Shown here: in pieces, positions 19,337 through 27,430 of the stretch
How the letters are laid out: every line of letters begins with the position of its first letter
How positions within the stretch are numbered: position 1 is the first letter of the stretch
Source of the DNA: a virus
IMG/VR virus record: IMGVR_UViG_3300035070_003528
Coordinates: 1-64,000 of that record
Reading direction: 5' to 3' (one strand)
DNA length: 64,000 bases
Translations under genes and position numbers: made by a program
The notes under the pieces: model-generated
Databases searched by the model: none
What the model saw: only the letters and a program-made list of their open reading frames with translations
What the model was told of the DNA's origin: nothing

Positions 19337-19562
19337 TATACATTTTCTCCCACAATTTCCATGCTTGCTCCTTTGATAATTCTGGTTTACCCAACAACGC
19401 CCTCATTCTATTTATCTCTCGTAATGTAAACTTGTGGTCGCCAGAGATATTTTTAAACGAGACTATTTTACCATTTCTTAACCAACGATAAATAGTGCGT
19501 CTGGACACGCCAAGAAATTCAGTTACATGTCCGGTATAGAATTCGTAAATGTCATCCATTAC
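19329..19562 (-). CDS. MerR/excisionase-like helix-turn-helix protein
   Basis: YTGHVTEFLGVSRRTIYRWLRNGKI...GDHKF. Start uncertain (GTG at 19571 or ATG near 19562). Confidence 0.7.
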   Translation of the reverse strand, partial: VMDDIYEFYTGHVTEFLGVSRRTIYRWLRNGKIVSFKNISGDHKFTLREINRMRALLGKPELSKEQAWKLWEKMYNG

Positions 19563-20011
19563 CATCTCTCCCACAGTCTGTAACTCAAACTCGTGCATAT
19601 TTTAACTAGCTTCTTGTCATCTAATTTACGTGCGCTCAAGTCAGGTGCGCGACGTACTATTTTCATAACCCCGCTGTCGGTGATTGTTATCAACCCAGCA
19701 TACGGAGGAAGTTCGCCAACCACAGGCCAAAAACCATGCACCACAAAATAGAACCGGCGTGGAATATTACCTGGACTTGGCGAATTAAAATAACTTCTCA
19801 ATTGATTGTGTTTTGGCTTGTTGAAGTCATTCAGAAAATCTGCCCTGTTTAGCTTTATCTCATATTCATGCGCATACCCATATCTGGTCACTCCCACGAA
19901 ATCGCTCTCTGCATTATTGAATAAATAGATATTCGGTATGCCGAATTTATACATGTTCCTCACAAGAACAAGTTGCTTGTATAGTATTTTCTGAATGTCC
20001 TTCTCTGTCAT
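19559..20011 (-). CDS. MmcB-like PD-(D/E)xK nuclease
   Basis: ESD...EYEIKLNRADFLND...KH, FYFV, ELPPYAGL. Confidence 0.75.
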   Translation of the reverse strand: MTEKDIQKILYKQLVLVRNMYKFGIPNIYLFNNAESDFVGVTRYGYAHEYEIKLNRADFLNDFNKPKHNQLRSYFNSPSPGNIPRRFYFVVHGFWPVVGELPPYAGLITITDSGVMKIVRRAPDLSARKLDDKKLVKICTSLSYRLWERW

Positions 20012-20065
20012 ATTGATATTATATAATCGAATTGATTGCGATGATATAGTACAAATGTGTCATAG

Positions 20066-20100
20066 TTGATTTTCGCATAGCGGTGACATATAATGGCAAC
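20066..20100 (+). promoter_or_regulatory. late promoter of the tail operon (TTGATT-17-TATAAT-GGCAAC), probably leaderless
   Basis: -35 at 20066-20071, -10 at 20089-20094, ATG six nt later, no RBS. Closely matches the promoter at 46284-46317. Confidence 0.6.
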
Positions 20101-20550
20101 ATGGATAAATTAAAAACATTTCCCAAGAGTACGGAAATATTAGAAGTTTCTGAACTCGGCATTGACGACGCACCCGGTGTGGTGTTTGAATTTTGGAAGA
20201 ACCCCAGCAAGCCCACTGTGACGGCCGTTTTCGACGTAGTAATGGCATCTGCCGATGAACTCAGCGGGTTGTCAAAATACAAGATGGAAGATTTGGAGAA
20301 GCGATATTATTCTGCATTGTGCGAATTGATTATCGATTGCAATATCGAATCTCTTGATTTTAGTTCACCAGAAGCAGCAATGGCATCATTTGAAGCACCT
20401 GATATTCCAATTGGGTTTGTGCATCAAGTTATCGCTAGTTATCTAAGTCATTTGCTACAGTTCAATGATGCTGTAAAAAAAGCACTCGCGTTGTATTTGA
20501 TAGGCTCGGCTTCTGGAAACGACAACGCGACGACAAAGGACGAAAAGTAG
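20101..20550 (+). CDS. tail assembly chaperone (gpG-like)
   Basis: Immediately upstream of the tape measure gene; contains a slippery A7 run. Confidence 0.8.
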   Translation: MDKLKTFPKSTEILEVSELGIDDAPGVVFEFWKNPSKPTVTAVFDVVMASADELSGLSKYKMEDLEKRYYSALCELIIDCNIESLDFSSPEAAMASFEAPDIPIGFVHQVIASYLSHLLQFNDAVKKALALYLIGSASGNDNATTKDEK

Positions 20551-20741
20551 ACGAGAGTATATTTACGCAAGCCGAGCAGGAACTTGATCCTGAATTGCGC
20601 GATACCATCTACAACATGCGAATAGCAGCGGCGTACAATCATCACACTGGGGCTGGCATTACTCATTTTGATGTGGCACAGTGGGGATGGCGAGATCAAT
20701 CCCTTGCGCTTAATGCTATTGTTTTTATGAATAAAACATAA
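20101..20741 (+). CDS. tail assembly chaperone gpGT-like, -1 programmed frameshift product
   Basis: A AAA AAA at 20475-20481. The -1 frame stays open (KKSTRVVFDRLGFWKRQ...FMNKT) to TAA at 20739-20741, which overlaps the tape measure ATG. Confidence 0.8.
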
Positions 20742-23491
20742 TGACTATACAATTACTGATTGATAGCAAATTTAATAGTGCTGGGGTTAAGGAAGCAGAG
20801 GCCAAGGTACAGCGTCTTGCTAAGTTTATTGAGCAAGAGATGAGTACAACCAGCGGGAGTTCTGATTTTTTTGTTAATCAGATGAATGCAGTTAATAACC
20901 CCGGTACAATCGCCGCTATAGAACAACAAATAGCTAAAGTGGATGCGCTTGCCGCAGCGTTTAAGAATGCAGCTATTCAACAATTCTCTCTTGGAAACAT
21001 TGCGGTTGGCGAGGGTATTCAAAAACAGGGCGAAGCACTTGAGCGCACGGCCGAGAGTATGCGCAAATTAACGGGAGCGACAGAACAGCAGAATAACGAG
21101 CAGGAAAAACAAGGCGGGGTTCTTGATTTCATTAACAACAAGTTTAATAAATTTGCTTTTGGCTTGTTTGTTGTGCAAGGTGCTATCAATACAGTAACTC
21201 GATTAATAAAAGGAATGACGGACGCACTTATCGAGGGTGCAAGTATAGCGGATCGTAGTAATTCGTTTAATGTTCTACTGGAAGACGCTGGGGTTAATGC
21301 CGAGGCGATGAGGGCTAGTTTGGTCGGTGCATCACAAGGCGCGATTACGCTTGATGCGGCAATGCGACCGACATTGCAGTTAATGAAAGCAGGTGTTCCA
21401 GAAGTCGCTGGTATGGCTGACAAGTTACTTGAAATGGCAGTTGCTTCCGCAAAACTGTCTGGTGATTTGAGCCAAACAGAGCAAATTTACACAACGCTTG
21501 TTCGTGGTATCGTTCGTGGCTCTCCCCGATTGATTGATAATGCTGATATTTATTTGAAACTCGGTGATGCAAATGAGATATACGCTGCATCTATAGGGAA
21601 AACAGTCGAGCAACTAACTGCCCAGGAGAAAATCATTGCAACAGCAAATGCCGTCGAGGCTCAAGGCGATGCGTTAATAGAACTTGCCGATAAGGTAGAC
21701 AGCACGGCAATTACGTTCCAGAACTTGAAAACAGACGCGGAAGAAGCTGGTCAAGCCCTGTTGTCAGAGGCGGCAACCGGTGCGGCTGGTGCAATAGAAT
21801 GGTTCACCGATCTTGTGCTTACAATGGGTGATGCAACCAGTGCGATGTATGGATTTAGCGAGGAAACGCAAGTCAAGTTGAGACAATTTCGAGAAGCATT
21901 TGCCCAAAACCCATTCACGACATTTGTTCAATCTGTCATTGTTGGCGCAACGGCCGTTAGTGAGGTTATTAAATTTGTTATTAATACCTTGATGGAATTT
22001 CAGAAAGCATTAAAAGATGCGACGATAGCTGGGGTTCAGTCTATTGGCATTCTTGTTGACGTAGCTCGTGGCGCAATGACAGCCGCAGAGGGCATGGCCC
22101 AGATAAAACAAGTGGCGTTGGATGCGGCAAATTCTATGCGTGACGGATTTGACGCATCAGAAGAATGGAATCAAGCGATGGGGCGCGTGGATGAAAAGGC
22201 TAGAGAAGCCGCAATATCGCTTGGTCTTGTTACTCCAGAGATGGATAATCTTGAACAATCGACTGATATGGCATCGGCTGCAAACGATAGGCTTAGTTCA
22301 TCATTTAATAGTCTTTCTGCTGGTATCCAAGCTGCAATAGAAGCCCGTACTGGGTTAGATGCGCAATATCGAGACCGAAAAATAGACATAGAAGAAGGTC
22401 TTAGAGATAAGATCCTTGATATTAACAAAGACACGGCCGAGAAACTTGGCGACATTAGCACGGATTTGCGCGATAAGCTGATAGAAATTGGCGAAAAATA
22501 CCAAGAGGATGTCACGAAATTAGCAGAAGATACGGCAGAGAAATTACAAGACATAGACACGGACTTGGCTGAGAAACTTGCTGACATTACGGAATCTTCG
22601 CAAGACGACAGAACGAATGCCATCAAGAATCGTAACAAGGGCATTGAAGATGCGGAAGAAGATCACCAACGCAAACTAACCGACATCGAGCGCAAGTACG
22701 AAGCGAGTCGGATGAAGGCATTGATTGACCGTGATGCTCGTGCGTTGTTTGAGGCTGAACAAAGTCGCAAGGATGACATCGCTAGTGCTGATGAAGATTT
22801 GCAGGACAAGTTAAAAGATGAAGAAGAAAAACTTCAAGAACAAATTGATAAAATAAATGAGCTTGAAGAAAAACGTCGCCAAGATGCCATTGATGCGGCC
22901 GAAAAACGTCGCCAGGATGCGCTAAAATCTCAAGCCGAACAACTGGACGACCTTAAAAAAGCATTGGCAAAGCAAAAAGAGGAAGAAAATAAAAATGCAG
23001 CAGAGAAACGACGTGACGCTCTGCAAGACGCACAAGAACGTCGCCAAGATGCACAGGATGGCTATCGTGACAGTTTACAGGACTTGGATGAATGGTATCG
23101 AGAACAACAGCTTCGTCAAAAAGAAGCAAACTTACAACAGAAACTAAACGAATTACAGCACTTGGAAGAAATGGGCGAATTAACTCAAGCCCATTTAGAC
23201 GAACTTCGTGGTATGTGGAATGATTACAACGGATTTGTTTCAAACGCCGGGGGCAGTGGTGGTGGGGGAAGTTATGGTAGCCCATCGTCAGGTGGCGGAG
23301 GCGGAGGCGGATCGTCCAGCACTCCTGGTATCGGCGTTGGGGGCGGCACTGGTGCTGGAGTTGGCAACAACAGTCAGATTAATCAATGGCAGCAAAACAA
23401 CATGAAGCTACAGATTAATAGCAATGATAAAATGTTAGAAGACGTGCTTCGTAGTAGCACATATGATTATATGATAGAGGTAGTGCAATGA
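20741..23491 (+). CDS. tape measure protein
   Basis: 916 aa, Ala-rich helical sequence with long coiled-coil repeats (EKL.DI..D) and a Gly-rich C-terminal linker. Confidence 0.9.
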   Translation: MTIQLLIDSKFNSAGVKEAEAKVQRLAKFIEQEMSTTSGSSDFFVNQMNAVNNPGTIAAIEQQIAKVDALAAAFKNAAIQQFSLGNIAVGEGIQKQGEALERTAESMRKLTGATEQQNNEQEKQGGVLDFINNKFNKFAFGLFVVQGAINTVTRLIKGMTDALIEGASIADRSNSFNVLLEDAGVNAEAMRASLVGASQGAITLDAAMRPTLQLMKAGVPEVAGMADKLLEMAVASAKLSGDLSQTEQIYTTLVRGIVRGSPRLIDNADIYLKLGDANEIYAASIGKTVEQLTAQEKIIATANAVEAQGDALIELADKVDSTAITFQNLKTDAEEAGQALLSEAATGAAGAIEWFTDLVLTMGDATSAMYGFSEETQVKLRQFREAFAQNPFTTFVQSVIVGATAVSEVIKFVINTLMEFQKALKDATIAGVQSIGILVDVARGAMTAAEGMAQIKQVALDAANSMRDGFDASEEWNQAMGRVDEKAREAAISLGLVTPEMDNLEQSTDMASAANDRLSSSFNSLSAGIQAAIEARTGLDAQYRDRKIDIEEGLRDKILDINKDTAEKLGDISTDLRDKLIEIGEKYQEDVTKLAEDTAEKLQDIDTDLAEKLADITESSQDDRTNAIKNRNKGIEDAEEDHQRKLTDIERKYEASRMKALIDRDARALFEAEQSRKDDIASADEDLQDKLKDEEEKLQEQIDKINELEEKRRQDAIDAAEKRRQDALKSQAEQLDDLKKALAKQKEEENKNAAEKRRDALQDAQERRQDAQDGYRDSLQDLDEWYREQQLRQKEANLQQKLNELQHLEEMGELTQAHLDELRGMWNDYNGFVSNAGGSGGGGSYGSPSSGGGGGGGSSSTPGIGVGGGTGAGVGNNSQINQWQQNNMKLQINSNDKMLEDVLRSSTYDYMIEVVQ

Positions 23492-23820
23492 GTTACGCAA
23501 TAAACGGAAGCGCAACAAGCATTGGGCCAACTAGCGTTAGGTGGATACCAATCGTGTCAATAATAGATCACAATCAACAGCCTGTTATTGCCGGTTTCGA
23601 TATTGAACTCGTGTTTGATGTTAGCCGCCCAGCCGATGGATACCAATGGCTAGACAACGTATCATCGACTTCCGTGAATCTAACGATCCCAGATCGATGG
23701 AAAACATCGTTTATTACACTGTCATCTGTGTATTGTGAAATAATGGAATCTCCACCTCAACTTGACATCCACTTAGAACCATTCACGTTGATGGTACACG
23801 GGGTATATGCGACGATATGA
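23488..23820 (+). CDS. distal tail/minor tail protein
   Basis: Position and ATGA coupling after the tape measure gene. Confidence 0.55.
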   Translation: MSYAINGSATSIGPTSVRWIPIVSIIDHNQQPVIAGFDIELVFDVSRPADGYQWLDNVSSTSVNLTIPDRWKTSFITLSSVYCEIMESPPQLDIHLEPFTLMVHGVYATI

Positions 23821-26789
23821 GACATGCATGGTCACAGGCAGAACTTGATTTAGTAAGTAGTAAATGCCAACGAGCGAAATGGTATCTTGCTATTCATCGG
23901 CCGCAAATACTAGCCTACTACGAAGTTGTATCTACTCCAGTAGATCATCCTGTAAGCGCAATCGATGTGCTTAATGTATCAGGTAGCCAATTTGTTGATG
24001 GCGGTCACACCGTTTGGGTAGGAACAGCAAGTGGAGCAAGTGATTTAGGTGCAGTTCGCCTACGTCGCCCACCAAGCGAATGGGATGGGCCATTTATGCC
24101 TGTCATGGAAAGCGGCAGTGGACTTGTGCGCTGGAATGAAGCAACTCACATGACTGTTGTTGATGAGTATCGACCGTGGGTGAAGCACCCTAGATATAAT
24201 ACAGCAACGTCACAGTGGAATTGGGACTATGACTATACTGATGCTGGGCAGTTAAAAATATATCCACCAATGGCGGTAATGGGTGCGCCTTTTGTCGGGA
24301 TACTAAATAACAATCAAATCAGTGGTAGCTTTGTCGGTGAACACAGCTTGGCTTTCGATCAATCAATAAGCAGCTACACATGGACATTTCCTGACGGCCG
24401 TAACTATTCATACAACGGCACAGAAACCAGTCCACTTGTTGTTGGTTTTACTGGTGCAAGCCCATTTGGCAATTATGCAAAACTCGCCGTTGTTGATTCC
24501 GGTGCGGCTTCTCACGTTGGTAAGCGACTGATGTTTGCATTTGATGATTTGAGTTCATTGCCCCGTGTCGCATTTACTAGCATTACTGGTGGCAAAAATC
24601 AAGGTGGGTATGTTACTCAAATTCAAACATACGGTCTTGATGACACTAGCTTGCCGCCTGGAACAGAAATAATAATTTTTGAGGCAGCGAGTTATGGCAA
24701 CACAGCATGTGAAATGGGTGGGAATAGCCCGTTTCGACAAAACGTTGTGTTTAGGGGATGGATAACAAACGAACAAATAACCAAAGACCCCAATACTGGT
24801 ATGGCAATTATTACGGCCGAGACAATCGACGGCATAATGAAAAACCAGCCAAGTTACGACACATTTTATGTGCAAACAAGTCCAGTACCATCATCTAGCG
24901 AGATAATTGGCACATACAATTTGTCCCTTGACCGTGTTGCTTTTAATCACATGCGCTGGAGGTCTACGGTTGGCGATATTTGTGACTTCTATCCAGCAAG
25001 TGGATTGGCAATGAGTTTGCATCCTGTATACCAAAATCTTCCTCGTGGAAGTTGGTGGGAGCAACTTCGTACTAATTATTACGAACGCGGAATGCTGTGG
25101 GGTGTTGGCAGCGATATGCAGAGTAATATTTTTAGCTATGAAGATATTAATATCACCGGAACAAGTGCTAACTATACTGCATTCCCGCAATTTAACTCTC
25201 GTAACTTTGGTGGGCAAATCAGTATCGAGCGCGTTTACCACGATACGGCCGCACAGGTCAAAATGTACGCAGTTGCAAGTACAACTCCATTTGGCGCAGA
25301 ATCCCCTGGTAATGTACTTGGTTACGCTGGTGGTAATGTTGAGCACACACAGGGTTTGATGGTTGACACACAAGACCGTTTGATTACATGGAGCGGCAAC
25401 TGGAGAGCTAAACAAAATGCTGAATTTAAACGAGTTGTCACACCGCTGGCTGGGAATTTGCGTATTGACCCAATCCCCAATGCCATTATTCCATTCACGA
25501 TTGCATCAGATAGAAATGCACGTAAGTTGAATTGGAGCAACAAGTTGTTCATCCCGCAAGATGTGACAATTAATTACAACATCGGCCGTGGTGTAACAAC
25601 AGAATTAGTTTCCGAGGAAGTGGTAAACGGCAAAGGTGGTAGTTCGATAACATTTCCCGTAATAACGGCATTACCACCACCAGATCCAGAAGACAATCCA
25701 CCACCACCCGGCCCGTCTGTAGGCAGTGACGTTGTGTATGTTATGGGAGCAAACCATTTAGGACGGACTCGAAACTTCGGAGCTAATCATCCAGTTTGGG
25801 ACGATGTACCAATCCCATCAGTAACACGGTGTTATGATTTTATACTTGACCCGTGGAATCCCAAGAACGGGGGATGGCTATCCACAACCCAAGGCCTGTA
25901 TCGCACGAGTAACCTAGACAGTGCTGTTCCAAGTTGGACACAAGTATTGTCCAAGTCTGGAATAGAATCTAGCACGGGACGCAGCGACTATGGTTCTGGA
26001 TACAAGATAATTGGAAGCATTAACAAACAGGGCTACTTTGCGTTCTTCTTCCTTGTCTATACGGCTGGGGAGCAATACCTGTATTGTGCGTATACGTCAA
26101 ACAACGGGACAACTTGGGGATTCTCAGAAGTGAGCAACTTTAGCCTTGGAGACTGGGGTGGTGCGGCCGACTACGTTCCTCACCTTGTTAGCAACAATGT
26201 CGTTCTTTACGCAGCCGGGATTGAAGTAATTAACTCCCCAACTTCTGCTCGTCCAGAGGTTTTTAGATCCATGAACGGGGGGGTCACTTGGAGTAGCGTT
26301 GGATCAATCGGAAGTTTTGTTACCGCTGGGAACGCTACCCCATTTTCAGTCCATTGCCCTTACAACGACAATAGCGACGGTCTTGATGTATATGTAGCCA
26401 ATGTATTGGGTGTGTACAAGAGTATCAATGGCTCGACATTTAGTAGCTTGGGCATTACCCCTCAGACGAACATTAATCGAACTTCTATTGAGACATATAC
26501 CCAAGATCAAAAGATTGTGTACATTTGGGACAGCAGCGACAACATACGGGTATCGACGAATAATGCCATTAGTTTTGACACACGCGGTTCCGTTCCAGGT
26601 ACACTAAAAGCGGCTGGTGGGTTTCCGTTTAATTCACAACGATATTACGCAGTAAGTAATACTGGGATTTATGCGAGTTTTGATGGAGGAAACAGTTTCG
26701 TTGACAAAACAAACAACTTCCCTGTTTCAGAACTTAGTCCAAGCGCAAGTTACAACAAGGCAGTTATTGTGCCAGTGTGGGTGTCATGA
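23817..26789 (+). CDS. tail tip/hub protein with C-terminal Asp-box (BNR) beta-propeller
   Basis: 990 aa; Pro-rich linker; repeats SNNGTTW, SMNGGVTW, SINGSTF, STNNAISF, SFDGGNSF. Confidence 0.7.
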   Translation: MRHAWSQAELDLVSSKCQRAKWYLAIHRPQILAYYEVVSTPVDHPVSAIDVLNVSGSQFVDGGHTVWVGTASGASDLGAVRLRRPPSEWDGPFMPVMESGSGLVRWNEATHMTVVDEYRPWVKHPRYNTATSQWNWDYDYTDAGQLKIYPPMAVMGAPFVGILNNNQISGSFVGEHSLAFDQSISSYTWTFPDGRNYSYNGTETSPLVVGFTGASPFGNYAKLAVVDSGAASHVGKRLMFAFDDLSSLPRVAFTSITGGKNQGGYVTQIQTYGLDDTSLPPGTEIIIFEAASYGNTACEMGGNSPFRQNVVFRGWITNEQITKDPNTGMAIITAETIDGIMKNQPSYDTFYVQTSPVPSSSEIIGTYNLSLDRVAFNHMRWRSTVGDICDFYPASGLAMSLHPVYQNLPRGSWWEQLRTNYYERGMLWGVGSDMQSNIFSYEDINITGTSANYTAFPQFNSRNFGGQISIERVYHDTAAQVKMYAVASTTPFGAESPGNVLGYAGGNVEHTQGLMVDTQDRLITWSGNWRAKQNAEFKRVVTPLAGNLRIDPIPNAIIPFTIASDRNARKLNWSNKLFIPQDVTINYNIGRGVTTELVSEEVVNGKGGSSITFPVITALPPPDPEDNPPPPGPSVGSDVVYVMGANHLGRTRNFGANHPVWDDVPIPSVTRCYDFILDPWNPKNGGWLSTTQGLYRTSNLDSAVPSWTQVLSKSGIESSTGRSDYGSGYKIIGSINKQGYFAFFFLVYTAGEQYLYCAYTSNNGTTWGFSEVSNFSLGDWGGAADYVPHLVSNNVVLYAAGIEVINSPTSARPEVFRSMNGGVTWSSVGSIGSFVTAGNATPFSVHCPYNDNSDGLDVYVANVLGVYKSINGSTFSSLGITPQTNINRTSIETYTQDQKIVYIWDSSDNIRVSTNNAISFDTRGSVPGTLKAAGGFPFNSQRYYAVSNTGIYASFDGGNSFVDKTNNFPVSELSPSASYNKAVIVPVWVS

Positions 26790-27430
26790 AGATAGATTGC
26801 TTGTGTATTACAACCAGCCGAAGGAAGACGTTTAAGAATTGGGTTCTATGGAATTACCTAAAACAAAACTACGCAAATAAACGCCTTGTTGTAATAAGCG
26901 ATGATGATGATTGGCCTGAGTGGGTTGATTTCATGTATGCACACATTGATGAGCCAATTCCGGTTAAACGCAACATGGCAATGAGTGTCGCGTCTGGTGA
27001 TGTGATTACATGGTTTGACGACGACGATTGGCAGCACGTTAATAAATTAAAAATAATAGCAGAAAACATAGAGCTACTAACAATGGTGGGATGCAGTCAC
27101 TCGTTCTTTTACGAGCCAATTACACAAAAAGCGACTTATGTTGACACCGGAACTGTGCCGATATTCAACAGCCTTGGCTTGATGAGGTACGGTCTACCAG
27201 CGTTTGCTGAACATATGATACAATACAGTGACACGGATTGGATTAATAAATTACTTGCGTATCGTAGTGTTGTAATAAGCGAAACAATGATGTTCTTTTG
27301 GATTACGCATCAACACAACATTAGTAATCCAATTAATAAAATAAAACCGAATGAGAAGATGAACTACTATCTTGATGGAGAATCATGGCAACAATTGAAG
27401 AAGCTCGCTCTGCGCTTGCAAACCGCTTAG
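26786..27430 (+). CDS. GT-A (GT2-like) glycosyltransferase inside the tail operon
   Basis: CLCITTSRR, LKQNY...LVVISD, KRNMA...GDVITWFDDDDW, SDT, HQHN. Confidence 0.8.
   Translation: MKIDCLCITTSRRKTFKNWVLWNYLKQNYANKRLVVISDDDDWPEWVDFMYAHIDEPIPVKRNMAMSVASGDVITWFDDDDWQHVNKLKIIAENIELLTMVGCSHSFFYEPITQKATYVDTGTVPIFNSLGLMRYGLPAFAEHMIQYSDTDWINKLLAYRSVVISETMMFFWITHQHNISNPINKIKPNEKMNYYLDGESWQQLKKLALRLQTA

Noticed and set aside
19329-19598. Excisionase implying an integrated prophage
   Set aside because: No integrase, att site or host genes in the window, so lifestyle cannot be determined.
22380-23110. CRISPR-like or tandem DNA repeats (aaacgtcgccaagatgc, gacacgg..gagaaactt)
   Set aside because: These are in-frame coiled-coil repeats of the tape measure protein, with no spacer structure.
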